DNA of 64,000 nt from Dehalococcoidia bacterium (GCA_965222025.1 CBDCTI010000008.1:408531-472530); one strand, 5' to 3'; shown: positions 39,814 to 52,988, counted from the first letter of the stretch. Notes: a model not told the origin generated them from the sequence alone. Numbers and translations are program-made.

Positions 39814-41001
39814 TCAGGAAGATTTCAAGCCCCACTCCTCCACCTGTTTCGACACATACGCGCCCCAATCCACCATCGCGCGGCGACGCAACTCGAACAT
39901 ATCGGATCGCAGATAGGCCGCTTCAGTAGCGTTACCTACCGCGTGGGCTAGGGCGGCTTCAGCAACTTGCCGGTCAATGTTCTGTTCGGCGCACCAATCC
40001 CTGAAACTGGACCGGAAGCCGTGGGGATTCGCCTCTATCCCGTTTTCCCGCAGCATCTTAGACATTGTGCTATCGGTCATCGGCTTGCCCCTGAGACTGG
40101 GAAATAACAGGCCCTCGTCGTCTGACAGAACTCGGGCGGCTTCCAGCACGTCCAGGGCCGCATCGCTCAACGGAATGCGATGCTCACGTCCCGCCTTCAT
40201 TCGTCTGGCCGGTACGGTCCAAGTACGGGCGTCTAGGTCGATCTCGCTCCAATCCGCGTTGCGGACCTCGCCAGATCGGGTTGCCGTCAGTACCAGAAAC
40301 TCGAAAGCCAATTTAGTGCCGGGCCAAGCGGTAGACTCCCGGACGATTTGGAGTGCCGTCCCAACTTGCGAATGCGCTAGGGCTTTGTAGTGTTTCCTGG
40401 ATGTCAACTTGGGCAACGCCTGGTTGATACTCGCATCGGCTGGGTTATCCGTCCGATGGCCTTGGGCAATTGCCCACTTGAAGACTTGATTCAGCACTGA
40501 CTTGACCTTTACGCCGGTGGCCGGCGTTTCTATGGTCAAAGGCACCAGAAAGTCCAGCACATCGGCGGGTGTAATGGCGTTGATCTGACGCTGGCCGATA
40601 TAGGGCAGGACATACTTGGCCAGGCGCTCACGCATTATTCTTTCTGTGCGCTCGTTCTTCCAGCCTGCCCGCAGCACTTCGACGGCCTGCTCCGATGCTT
40701 GGGAAAATGTCGGCGCCAGCTGCGGCTTCACCCTGGGATCGGCGCCATCCGCGACGGCACGGGTATTTTCAAATGCCAGAGCCCGGGCATCGGCAAGGGG
40801 GACGACGGGATAGGGCCCCAACCCTAGATCAATCGGCTGGCCGTTCAGTCTCAACCGTTGCGTCCAAGACTTCGTCACACCGCCGTTAGCCGACTGTCTT
40901 ACCAGAAGAGATAGGCCGTTGCCACCACGCTTCTCACCATACCGCCCGAGAGTGTTGATCGTCTTGCAAAAGGTCGCTGATAGACGCTTCGGTCGCTCCA
41001 T
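39814..41001 (-). CDS. P4-like tyrosine integrase
   Basis: arm-binding LGLGPYP, TRSGE, MKAGREH, HGFRSSFRDW, LAH, AYLR. Confidence 0.92.
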   Translation of the reverse strand: MERPKRLSATFCKTINTLGRYGEKRGGNGLSLLVRQSANGGVTKSWTQRLRLNGQPIDLGLGPYPVVPLADARALAFENTRAVADGADPRVKPQLAPTFSQASEQAVEVLRAGWKNERTERIMRERLAKYVLPYIGQRQINAITPADVLDFLVPLTIETPATGVKVKSVLNQVFKWAIAQGHRTDNPADASINQALPKLTSRKHYKALAHSQVGTALQIVRESTAWPGTKLAFEFLVLTATRSGEVRNADWSEIDLDARTWTVPARRMKAGREHRIPLSDAALDVLEAARVLSDDEGLLFPSLRGKPMTDSTMSKMLRENGIEANPHGFRSSFRDWCAEQNIDRQVAEAALAHAVGNATEAAYLRSDMFELRRRAMVDWGAYVSKQVEEWGLKSS

Positions 41002-41228
41002 TTCTGCCCACTCGTTACCACTTGTGTTACCACTATTGTAGGTAGTTTACAGCGCACATCAGTGAACGTCAATAGACAATAATTGGGTAATTGTAGCTTT
41101 AAAATGGACCATTGCAGTACACTCAACCGGACATTGTTGGCCGTAGCTGGACAAATAAATAGTGGCATTCATTGCCACCATTTTCTTTGCCTCCGATCCG
41201 CCTCCAAAGTCCCTCTGGATCTCCGGCT

Positions 41229-42254
41229 CTAAACCTCCGGCAACTTGTACGCCCTCGCCGCGGTGTTGTGGAACAGGTTGGCCTGCTCCGTCGCCGAGAA
41301 ATCGCGAGCCAGGCGCTTGAAGGCGTTCCAGCAGACGGTGTACGAGCACGACTGCTTGTCCACCGGGAAGTTGCTCTCGAACATGCACCGGTCTGCCCCG
41401 AACTTCTCGATGCAGTACAGGTAGTAGGGGGCGGCAGCCGTCGCAATCTCTCCCGACCCCGGCGGGAAGGAGCGCTGGTGCCAGTCGAATCCGCTGATCG
41501 GATTGCCCAGCCCGCCCACCTTTACCACCACGTTGGGGCACTCGGCGACCGCGTCTATACCCTGCCGCCACTCCGGCATCAGCTCCTCCCGCCGACCAGC
41601 GTAGGGCCCGATCCCCAGCGGCCGCCCGACGTGATTCAGGATGATGGTCAGGTCGGGAAACACCCTCGCCATGTCGGCCACTTCCGGCAGTTGCGGGTGA
41701 TAGACGATGCAGTCGAAGGACAGTCCCATGCGCTCCAGCCACGCCAGCCCCTTGCGGAAGTTGGCCTCGGCCAGCATCCCGGCGGAGTTAGCGCGGGCCG
41801 TCGTAATTTCCGGGCTGGCATCCCACGCCGCGGTACAGCGAATGCCACGAAAGCGCCCCTTGCCCGCCTCGGCCAAGGCCTCCAGCACCGGCTGTACGGC
41901 GTCGCCCAGCATCAGGTCGGCGTTACCCACGATGCCCGCGGCCACCGCCGTCCCGGCACCCCCGTCATCCTGAGCCTGTCGAAGGGCGTTGGCGGCGGCG
42001 ATGCCCTCGACGAACTCCACCTCGCCCACTGACCGCATTTCCGCCGGCCCGTCTGTACGGTACATCGAGTGGCACTCGACAAACACTGTCTGGTTCACCC
42101 GATGTCCCGCCCCCGTGTCTCCCAGCAACTGGTCCAGCAGGTAGGTGTCGCCCTCTCGCTCCCAAAAGTGATGATGCGGGTCGAGTATGGGCATATCCGG
42201 CTCAATGGGATCCTCGATGGTCAGTTCCAGCCACGTTTCCAGCGGGGTTGTCAT
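41229..42254 (-). CDS. amidohydrolase family protein
   Basis: DPHHHFW, LNHVG, MFESNFPVD. Confidence 0.88.
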   Translation of the reverse strand: MTTPLETWLELTIEDPIEPDMPILDPHHHFWEREGDTYLLDQLLGDTGAGHRVNQTVFVECHSMYRTDGPAEMRSVGEVEFVEGIAAANALRQAQDDGGAGTAVAAGIVGNADLMLGDAVQPVLEALAEAGKGRFRGIRCTAAWDASPEITTARANSAGMLAEANFRKGLAWLERMGLSFDCIVYHPQLPEVADMARVFPDLTIILNHVGRPLGIGPYAGRREELMPEWRQGIDAVAECPNVVVKVGGLGNPISGFDWHQRSFPPGSGEIATAAAPYYLYCIEKFGADRCMFESNFPVDKQSCSYTVCWNAFKRLARDFSATEQANLFHNTAARAYKLPEV

Positions 42255-42425
42255 GTCAATCTCCTGCGGCCTGCTCAATTCATTGCAAGAGTAAAGCAGG
42301 TAGGGGCAGTGTCCGGGTTCAGGCTACCGGAAATCCCAGGAATGCTCAAACGGAAGAGGGCCGAACTATGTATAATCGCCCTGCCGCCCGCTGGGCGCAT
42401 CAAGATTGAATTTTTCGGAGGCTTT

Positions 42426-42833
42426 ATGTCCGCTCCCACAATGGCCCAAGTCCAGGCCGCCATGTCTGCGATGGTGAACAAGGCGATGGAAACTCCCAAC
42501 GAACCGGTGGCGATGGCCATCGTCGACAGCGCAGGCAACCTGCTCGCCTACCTGACAATGGACAACCTCCGCATCTTCAGCCGTCGCCACGCCCTCCGCA
42601 AGGCCCACACCTCGGCCCTGATGGGCCTGGATTCCGGAGAGAACGCCAGCCGCCTGCACGGCCAGGGTCGCAACATCGCCGACCAGGGCGATCCCATGAT
42701 GACCTATGGGACAGGCGGAGTCGTCATCATGAAGGACGGCGTGATCCTGGGCGGCATTGGCGTCGGCGGCTACCCCAGCGGCCAGTCCGACGAAGACCTG
42801 TCGCGAGTCGGCCTCGACGCCATGGGCATCTGA
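42426..42833 (+). CDS. GlcG/HbpS heme-binding family protein
   Basis: AIVDSAG, KAHT, GGIGVGG..D. Confidence 0.85.
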   Translation: MSAPTMAQVQAAMSAMVNKAMETPNEPVAMAIVDSAGNLLAYLTMDNLRIFSRRHALRKAHTSALMGLDSGENASRLHGQGRNIADQGDPMMTYGTGGVVIMKDGVILGGIGVGGYPSGQSDEDLSRVGLDAMGI

Positions 42834-42905
42834 GGCGCCCTGCCGGTAACGCCCATTCCCTGATCCTCTCCCACTACGGAGGGGCAGCAGCCTGGGAGAT
42901 AGCCC

Positions 42906-43838
42906 ATGCGAATCGGAATATTCGTCGGCGCGTCGGTCGCCGACCTCATGACCTTGGACGACCTGCTGGCCCGCATCAAGCAGGCCGAGGATGACGGGTT
43001 CGACAGCTTCTGGATCCCCCACATCTCGGCTCGCGGGTACGATGCGCTGACCACCCTGGCCTTGGCCGGAATGCAGACCAGCCGTATCGAACTCGGTGTG
43101 GGCGTCGTTCCCACATACCCGCGTCACCCGGCCGCGCTTGCCCAGCAGGCGCTTACCACCGCCACTGCCACCAGCGGACGGTTCATCCTTGGCATCGGCC
43201 CGTCCCACCGGCCGGGAATTGAAGATGGCTTCGGCATCCCATACGACCGCCCGGCGCTCCACACCCGCGAGTACCTCTCGGTGATGCGCCCTCTGCTCGA
43301 GGAGGGCGCGGTCCAGTTCAACGGCGAGTTCTTCAACTGCAACCTGGAGCTGGCCGCACTGGAGCGACCGCCGTGCCCGATCCTGGTCTCGGCGCTGGCC
43401 CCCCAGATGCTGCGCCTCGCCGGGCAGCTGGCCGACGGCACGGTAACCTGGATGGCCGGTCCCCGCACCATCGAGACGCACATCGCGCCGCGCATCCGGC
43501 GTTCGGCTGAAAACAGCGGCCGCGGCGAGCCAAGGGTCTGCGTCGGCCTCCCCACGGCTGTCACTGACAACGAGACCGCTGGGCGCCACACGGCAGCCGA
43601 GTCCTACGGCCGCTACGGAGATCTGGTGAACTACCGTCGCGTTCTGGACATCGAGGGCGTGGAAAGTCCGGCCGAGGTTGCGGTGGTCGGCAACGAGTCC
43701 TCGCTCAAACGTCAGCTGGAGACCTTCGCCGAAGGAGGCGCCTCCGACTTCGTCGCCAACATTTTCGACATAGCCGGAGAACCCGAGTCGTCCCAGCGCA
43801 CTTACGACGCACTCAAATCACTGGTCGGCAAGGTTTAA
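42906..43838 (+). CDS. LLM-class (likely F420-dependent) oxidoreductase
   Basis: GFDSFW, VVPTYPRHP, LGIGPSH, ALAPQML. Confidence 0.88.
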   Translation: MRIGIFVGASVADLMTLDDLLARIKQAEDDGFDSFWIPHISARGYDALTTLALAGMQTSRIELGVGVVPTYPRHPAALAQQALTTATATSGRFILGIGPSHRPGIEDGFGIPYDRPALHTREYLSVMRPLLEEGAVQFNGEFFNCNLELAALERPPCPILVSALAPQMLRLAGQLADGTVTWMAGPRTIETHIAPRIRRSAENSGRGEPRVCVGLPTAVTDNETAGRHTAAESYGRYGDLVNYRRVLDIEGVESPAEVAVVGNESSLKRQLETFAEGGASDFVANIFDIAGEPESSQRTYDALKSLVGKV

Positions 43839-43882
43839 GAACGGCAAGATTCAGAGTCAGGATTTAGAGTCAGGAGGAAGCT

Positions 43883-44341
43883 ATGGCCCCGCGAATCAAG
43901 CACATCGCGCTGCACACTGAAGACCCCGTGGCCACCGCCGAGTGGTACAAGACCTGCTTCGGACTCGACGAACTGCGCCGCTCCCCCGACGGAGGAGCGG
44001 AGGGCGTCTGGCTCACCGACGGCTACATCTACTTCGCCATCCTGAAGATGGGGACGGAAGACGCCCCCAACCTGGGCGAGGGCTCCTCCACGGTCAAGGG
44101 CGTGCACCACATCGGCTTCTACGTGGACGACCTCGACGACGCCGTCGACACCGTAACCGAGCACGGTGCCACCGAGTGCCCCGGCAGCAGCCGCGCCAAC
44201 CGCAAGTACAAGGGCCCCGACGGCCTGATGATCGACCTCCGCGTCCGCGGCTGGGACGAACAGATCCGCGCCCGCAGCACCCTCTACGAACTGGTAGAAT
44301 CCCCACCCCGCGAGCCCGCCGCCACTCCCGCCGACGACTAA
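43883..44341 (+). CDS. VOC/glyoxalase family protein
   Basis: KHIAL, HHIGFYVDD, GPDG. Confidence 0.85.
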   Translation: MAPRIKHIALHTEDPVATAEWYKTCFGLDELRRSPDGGAEGVWLTDGYIYFAILKMGTEDAPNLGEGSSTVKGVHHIGFYVDDLDDAVDTVTEHGATECPGSSRANRKYKGPDGLMIDLRVRGWDEQIRARSTLYELVESPPREPAATPADD

Positions 44342-44365
44342 CGCCTCATTTTCGCCGCGACCCCC

Positions 44366-44832
44366 GAAGTCCGTTCATGGTGAGCCCGTCGAACCACGAA
44401 CGGATTTCTCTTTACGCGGAACACGCTAAGGCCGAAGTCCGTTCATGGTGAGCCCGTCGAACCACGAACGGATTTCTCTTTACGCGGAACACGTCAAGGC
44501 TGAAGTCCGTTCATGGTGAGCCTGTCGAACCACGAACGGATTTCTCTTTACGCGGAACACGTCAAGGCTGAAGTCCGTTCATGGTGAGCCTGTCGAACCA
44601 CGAACGGATTTCTCTTTACGCGGAACACGTCAAGGCTGAAGTCCGTTCATGGTGAGCCCGTCGAAGCACGAACGGATTTCTCTTTACGCGGAACACGCCA
44701 AGGCTGAAGTCCGTTCATGGTGAGCCCGTCGAACCGCGAACGGATTTCTCTTTACGCGGAACACGCCAAGGCCGAAGTCCGTTCATGGTGAGCCCGTCGA
44801 ACCACGAACGGATTTCTCTTTATACGGAACTC
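44366..44832. repeat. tandem array of 7 x 68 bp containing a REP-like palindrome
   Basis: units start at 44366, 44434, 44502, 44570, 44638, 44706, 44774; core CCGTTCATGGTGAGCCYGTCGAACCACGAACGG. Confidence 0.92.
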
Positions 44833-45022
44833 GTCGGCAGCCAGCAATGCGACCAACCCCCGTCTCATGCTCCTTGGAAAATCGCTCAGAACGAATGCAA
44901 AGTCGCACGGAATCAGTCTGGGTAAGCCGTCGCACCACCGACGGGTTCGCTTCTTGTCGCCTCTGCTACTTCAGCCTTTCCTTCGACAAGCTCAGAAAGA
45001 TCGGTCCCCGGTGGCGTAGCAC

Positions 45023-45811
45023 CTACCGCCCGGTCCACTCCGGCGGACGCTTCTCGGCGAAGGCCTTTGGGCCCTCTCGAGCGTCCTCAGAGTTCAGCAC
45101 ACGGTGGCCCACAGAGGCGTTGAGACGGTAGGACTCCTCCAGTCCGTAGCGACGCCAGAACTGGGCCACCGTCTTCGTCCCCTGCACTGCCAGCGGCGCA
45201 TTTGCCCCGATCATCTCGGCGATCTCAACCGCGCGTGGCAACAGCGCGTCCGGCTCCATCACCTCGTGAACGAAGCCGAGCCGGTGCGCCTGTACGGCGC
45301 TCAGCGTGTCGCCCGTCAGCATCAGGTACATGGCCTCGCCGAAAGGCATCAGCCGGGCCAGGTGATTGATGCCGTAGTTGGCCATGATGCCCCGCTTGAC
45401 CTCGAACAGCCCGAAGTAGGCCTCTGTGGACGCAATCCGGATGTCGCAGTCAGCAGCCCGCTCCATCCCGGCGCCGATAGCCAGCCCGTTGACCGCGGCG
45501 ATGAACGGCTTGGGGTTCCGTCCGAACGGCTGATTGCCCCGGTAGGTCTCGATTCTTTCCTCGTCGGTCTGGCTGGCTCGGACGCTTCCGGCGCCCTCAG
45601 CCATCTCCCGCAGGTCGGCCCCTGCCGAGAACGCCCGGCCCGCGCCGGTCACGATGCCCACCCGCATCTCGGGGTCGTGGGAAAACTCTGCCAGCGCCAG
45701 CCGCAGCTCTTCCCGCATCTGCGCCCCCTGCGCGTTTAGGCGGTCGGGACGGTCCATGGTGAAGACAGCGTAGTGGCCCTCGGTGAATCTTTCGTATTTC
45801 AGGTCCGCCAT
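45023..45811 (-). CDS. enoyl-CoA hydratase/isomerase
   Basis: AFSAGADL, KPFIAAVNG, AFAEKR.P. Confidence 0.9.
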   Translation of the reverse strand: MADLKYERFTEGHYAVFTMDRPDRLNAQGAQMREELRLALAEFSHDPEMRVGIVTGAGRAFSAGADLREMAEGAGSVRASQTDEERIETYRGNQPFGRNPKPFIAAVNGLAIGAGMERAADCDIRIASTEAYFGLFEVKRGIMANYGINHLARLMPFGEAMYLMLTGDTLSAVQAHRLGFVHEVMEPDALLPRAVEIAEMIGANAPLAVQGTKTVAQFWRRYGLEESYRLNASVGHRVLNSEDAREGPKAFAEKRPPEWTGR

Positions 45812-45824
45812 CCGCGCCCTCTCC

Positions 45825-46838
45825 TCAGCTCGCCAGCAGTTCCCGCAGCGCCGCGTCCACGAACGCCGCGTCTGGCGGGTTGAAGCCGGGACCGCCGGCC
45901 AGGTGGCCCCAGATGCTCTCGATGGGCCGCAGCTCGGCGTTGCGCATCATCGACACTTCGGTCTCGTTGTCCTCGGGCGGGAAGTACAGGTCGGTCCGCC
46001 CCGGTATCACGATGGCCCGCGCCTTGATGGCTCCCAGAGCCTTGGCGAAGTCGCCGTTGTACTTCTCGTTGAGGCTGATGTCCCCATTCTGCCACGTCCT
46101 GAGCATGGACAGCAGGTCGTTGGCGTCGGCAAACAGACGCCGACCCTCCCAGAAGGCCACCAGATAGTCCTCCAGCGACGAGTACCCGATGTCCAGATAC
46201 ACCTCTTCCCTGTAAAAGGCCTGCGACACCGCCCACCCGGCGTAGACCCGCCCCATGGCTCGCAGCCCTTTGTAAGGCGGTGTGTCGTAGAAGCCGTTGG
46301 CCCAGGCGTCGTCTGCCGTCAGCGCCGCCTTCACACCCTCCAGGAACACGAAGTTGTGCCGCGCCGTCCGCGCCGACCCGCAGATGGGCGCGATCCGCTC
46401 CACCATGTCCGGGTACAGCGCGCCCCACTGGTACGTCTGCTGCGCCCCCATGGACCAGCCCACCACCAGCGCAATCCGCTCGATGCCGAACAGCTCGGTC
46501 ACCAGTCGATGCTGGCTGGCCACGTTGTCGTACAGCGACACCCACGGGAACCGCCCCCGGTCGTACGGCATCGGCGTGTTCGATGGCGACGACGAAAGTC
46601 CGTTCCCCATCATGTTCGGCACAATGATGAAGTACTTTTCCGGGTCCAGCGCCTGCCCCGCCCCGATAATATTCTCGTTCTGGTAGTGCTGCCCCCCAAA
46701 GAACGTAGGGAACACAATCGCATTGTCCTTAGCCGCGTTCAGCACCCCATAAGTCTTGTAACCCAACCACGCCCCCCGCAGCGTAGCCCCACCCTGCAGC
46801 CGCAAATTCCCCAGCTCAAAAATGTTGTAGTCGCTCAT
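45825..46838 (-). CDS. homoserine O-acetyltransferase-like alpha/beta hydrolase
   Basis: GWSMG, DLYFPP, WGHLAG. Confidence 0.8.
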   Translation of the reverse strand: MSDYNIFELGNLRLQGGATLRGAWLGYKTYGVLNAAKDNAIVFPTFFGGQHYQNENIIGAGQALDPEKYFIIVPNMMGNGLSSSPSNTPMPYDRGRFPWVSLYDNVASQHRLVTELFGIERIALVVGWSMGAQQTYQWGALYPDMVERIAPICGSARTARHNFVFLEGVKAALTADDAWANGFYDTPPYKGLRAMGRVYAGWAVSQAFYREEVYLDIGYSSLEDYLVAFWEGRRLFADANDLLSMLRTWQNGDISLNEKYNGDFAKALGAIKARAIVIPGRTDLYFPPEDNETEVSMMRNAELRPIESIWGHLAGGPGFNPPDAAFVDAALRELLAS

Positions 46839-46944
46839 TGGTTGTAACTCCTTGAATTCCTGCGACAAAACTACCATAATCCAGCCTCCTGAAGGATCGA
46901 TAGTTCATATTACATTTCTACAAACCAACCGTAGTGGAGTTGCA

Positions 46945-49806
46945 GTGCATATTGAATCAATCCAATTGAGTAATTTCCATGCACTGGGAATAGGCAATCG
47001 CGTAGATTTGGAGTGTAACGACCGAGTGAACTTGTTTGTTGGCCCAAATGGCACTGGCAAGAGCACCATTTTACGAGGATTATATTACTGGTTCAGTAAC
47101 CCCCTCGATGACTGCCGCTGGTTTTTGCCTGAGGCTGAGGATGAAGAGGCTGGAGCAGTGAGCAGACTCAGCGAAGAGGAATACAAACTCTACCGGAAAC
47201 ACTTTGAGTGCAAATTAAATGAAGAGTGTGAAGAAGAAAATATACAAATAGGTGAAGAGGAGGGCACACAATTAATTGAAGAGGAAGGCACACAAAATAG
47301 GGTTCCGCCAATTGCTCCTAAGACTCTTCTTACGGGTGCCCCTGCAGATGGGACGTGTGCTCTGCGCTTAAGCGACAATTGGTTATCGTCCGACAACCGG
47401 TATGCTGAGGGTGGAGAAATTACGGAAGTGCCACTCATGAATGTATCTGCCAGCCGAACCCCTTTCTATACAGATGAAAGTAATCTGGAATATGAAGAAA
47501 GCGAACCTTGGCAGCGATGGCTTGGTTGGAATAATACGCAAGTGCTTCTTTTGAGTGAGATGAGAGCTTTGAGGTGGACCCCATTGGTTGGACAGGATTA
47601 AGCCACAATTAAGTGGGACTCCTGCACTCCTTCGTATGATACCAAGACCCGTTGGTCCGGGCACCTCCTTTCCTTCAGCTCCTCTTCTACAGGCTCGCCG
47701 TGGAAGACCTCCGCCGGCGTACGGTAGCCCAGGGCCTGATGCGGCCTCCGGTGGTTGTAGAACCGGAAGTACTCTCGCAGCCCTCGGCGGGCCTCAAGGC
47801 CGTTGGCGTAGGCCTTCAGGTAGACCTCCTCGTACTTCACTGTCCTCCATAGCCGCTCGACTAATATGTTGTCCTGGTACCTGCCCCTGCCATCCATGCT
47901 GATCTTCACCGAGTGATCCTGGAGTATCTGCGTGAACTCGCGGCTGGTGAACTGGCTTCCCTGGTCGGTGTTGAATACGTCGGGCCTTCCTTGGCCGAGG
48001 GCCTCGGTCAGGGCCTCGGCACAAAAGCCGGTCTCCAGAGTGTTGGACAACCCCCAAGCCACCACGTATCGGCTGTGCCAGTCCATGATGGCCACCAGGT
48101 ACAGGAATCCCCGGGCCATGGGCAGGTAGGTGATGTCAGCCGCCCACACCTGGTTCGCCCGGGTGATCGTCAGATCCCTCAGCAGGTAGGGATAGACCCA
48201 GTGTCCCGCCGCTGGTTGGCTGGTGCGAGGCTGCCGGTAGATAGCCCGCAGTCCCATCAGTCTCATGAGCCGCTGCACCCGCTTCCGGCTTACCGGCATG
48301 CCCTGCCGCTCCAGCGAAGCCTTCATCCGCCTGGAACCGTAGAAAGGGGTTTCCAGGTACTGGCGGTCCATGGCCTGCATCAGGGACAGGTCCCCCAGGG
48401 GTGTCCCCTTGGGACGGTAGTAGAGGCTGGAGCGGCTGACACCCATCAGCTGGCATTGCCGCACTATGGACAGGTGCCGATGTTGCCGGTCGGTCAGCTC
48501 ACGCCGCTGTGCTGGGGTCATGGACCGGACCTTTCCTCCAAGAAATCCCGCTCCACCTTGAGCTGGCCGATCTGCTGGTACAGGCGAGCCACCAGGGCGT
48601 CGTTGTTCTTGTTCTTCTGCTCCTTGCCCTTATTGGTCCCGTTGCCTTGGCCGAAGATAGCGGCCGCGCCATCCACTAAGGCCTTCTTCCAAGTCTGAAT
48701 CTGGTTGGGGTGGACCTCGAACCGGGCGGCCAACTCGGCCACCGTCTGTTCGCCCTTCATTGCCTCCAGTGCAACTTTCGCCTTGAAGGCCGGGCTGTGC
48801 TTTCTCCGCTCTGTGGACATTTCCCGCTCCTCATCAACAGCTGTCGCTGTCCGTAGTTTAGGAGCAGGATTCCCACTTAACCAACTGTCCAGTTTTCCGG
48901 GTCCACCTCACTTCCCCAAATTCCTCCGCCACCTTCATGGCCTATGGGCCAGTAGGACCAGACATTGCTGCGCATAATTTTGCAAGAATCCCCTCGGACA
49001 AGGATCTCAACGAACTTCTTACTGTTGTTCGCGAATGTTTTGCGAGCATATGTCCAGAGATATTGTCTAATACAACCATATCGCTTGATTGCTCCCTGCT
49101 CCGTCAAGTTCTTGCAGGTGAAACTTTCTATCCCAGGCCTCTTATCTCGAAAGACGGACATTCGCTGGAACAAGATCAGGACAAAATATCTCTCGATACA
49201 ATACGTTATGACGATCTGAGTTTGGGAACCCAAAATGCTTTATCCTGGACCTTGACGCTCGCCCTCATGTTAGCTGGCCATTACAATTGGGAAGCAGATT
49301 GGAAGAAAAGGTCGGCCATCCTTCTCATAGACGAAATCGAGAACCATCTGCACCCCACTTGGCAGCGTCGCGTAATCCCTGCTCTGAAGGAGCATTTCCC
49401 GGGGTTGCAGATATTCGCCACCACACATTCGCCCTTCGTAGTGGCCGGTCTGGATGTCGGCCAAGTCCATATGCTGAAACGCGAGGAAGCAGGGCGCGTA
49501 TCCGTCACCACCAACACCAAGGACATCATCGGCTGGACCGCCGACGAGATTCTGCGAAATGCGATGGGAGTTGATGAGCCGACCGACCAGCTAACGGCAG
49601 ACCGTATTGAGCGATTGCGTCAGCTTCGGGCGAAGGCAATGCTAACTGCCTCGGAAGAAACCGAACTAGAAGAACTGCGCAATCAAATAGGCCACGATTT
49701 AATGACAAAGGGAGGTCCTATCGAAGCCCACCGCGAGCGCTACGCGGACATGATAAGGGAATTCATACGCTCGCGTCAGTCTGATTTGTCGCAAGACGGA
49801 GGATAA
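46945..49806 (+). pseudogene. AAA/ABC ATPase (Septu PtuA-like), split by IS3
   Basis: GPNGTGKS in the 5' part; LSLG, IDEIENHLHP, TTHSP in the 3' part; IS removal restores the frame. Confidence 0.8.
47570..48910 (-). mobile_element. IS3-family element, intact (orfA 48518..48820, orfB 47598..48521)
   Basis: TGAGGTGGACC inverted repeats; CTT target duplication; WAADITY, NTDQGSQF, VERLWRTVKYE. Confidence 0.93.
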
Positions 49807-49810
49807 TCAG

Positions 49811-51803
<1,993 letters not shown>

Positions 51804-51869
51804 CGCCCGAACTCCCCCCGCCGTAGACTCCCTCCACCGCCGACACCGGCAATCACAGGAGGAAGTACC

Positions 51870-52988
51870 ATGGCCAACGACCCGGTAAACATCTTTGAAT
51901 ACGAAGCCATCGCCCGCGAGAAGCTGGACCAGGGACACTACGACTTCATCGCCGGCGCGGCCACCGACGAGATCACCCTCAGGCGCACCCGCGCCGTCCT
52001 CGACAGCATCCAGCTGCGTCCCAAGATGTTGACCGACATCAGCGATCGCGATCTCAGCACCACCGTGCTGGGCCAGCGCATCAGCTTCCCCGTGATGCTC
52101 GACCCCGCCGGCAACCACGAGGCGGCCCACCCCGACGCCGAGCTGGCCACCGCCCGCGCCGCCGGAGCCGCCGACACCGTGATGGTAGTCAGCTCCCACG
52201 CCGCCCGCACCATGGAGGACGTCGCCAGCGCCGCGTCCGGCCCGCTGTGGTTCCAGCAGTACTTCTTCAAGGACCGCGGACTGACCCTCGAGATGGCCGC
52301 CCGCGCCGCCGAGGCCGGCTACTCCGCCCTCTGCATCACCGTCGACGCCAAGATCAAGCCCAAGCGCGAACGCAACATCCGCAACGACTACGTCGGCGCG
52401 CCTTCGCCCAACTACAACAAGATCGACCTTTCCGAGCACTCCTGGCGCTTCGCCGCCGACGCCCCGGCCGGCGTGATGGACATCCGAGATCCCGGCGCCA
52501 CCTGGGCCGATGTAGACTGGCTGGCCGCCGCCCAGAGCCTGCCCGTGGTCATCAAGGGCGTCATGGTCGGCGAGGACGGTCGCCACGCCGCCGACAACGG
52601 TGCCAAGGCCGTCATCGTCTCCAACCACGGCACCCGCTACCTCGACACCACCTTCACCACCATCGAGGTCTTGCCCGAGGTCGTCGAGGCCGCCAACGGC
52701 AACATAGAGGTCTACATGGACGGCGGCATCCGCCGCGGCACCGACATCGTCAAGGCCCTCGCCCTCGGCGCCCGCGCCGTCCTCATCGGCCGCCCACTCT
52801 TCTGGGGCCTGGCCGTAGACGGAGAAGCGGGCCTCACGTCAGTCCTCGAAATGCTCCGAGACGAGCTCGACGCCACCATGGGCATGTGCGGCCGCCCCAC
52901 CTTAGCCGACATCGACCGCGACATCATAGGCACCGTCTCCCCCCTCCTAGGCATGTTCCCCCAGCAACAGGACATCTTCCGCTACTGA
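51870..52988 (+). CDS. FMN-dependent alpha-hydroxy acid oxidase family
   Basis: WFQQY, ITVD, VIKG, VSNHG, DGGIRRGTD, GRP. Confidence 0.9.
   Translation: MANDPVNIFEYEAIAREKLDQGHYDFIAGAATDEITLRRTRAVLDSIQLRPKMLTDISDRDLSTTVLGQRISFPVMLDPAGNHEAAHPDAELATARAAGAADTVMVVSSHAARTMEDVASAASGPLWFQQYFFKDRGLTLEMAARAAEAGYSALCITVDAKIKPKRERNIRNDYVGAPSPNYNKIDLSEHSWRFAADAPAGVMDIRDPGATWADVDWLAAAQSLPVVIKGVMVGEDGRHAADNGAKAVIVSNHGTRYLDTTFTTIEVLPEVVEAANGNIEVYMDGGIRRGTDIVKALALGARAVLIGRPLFWGLAVDGEAGLTSVLEMLRDELDATMGMCGRPTLADIDRDIIGTVSPLLGMFPQQQDIFRY

Noticed and set aside
41100-41228. tRNA gene or att site beside the integrase
   Set aside because: only GCCACCA plus a T-run at ~41174; no cloverleaf, and no partner repeat found in the window
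44366-44832. CRISPR array
   Set aside because: would-be spacers are near-identical and there are no cas genes; it is a tandem repeat
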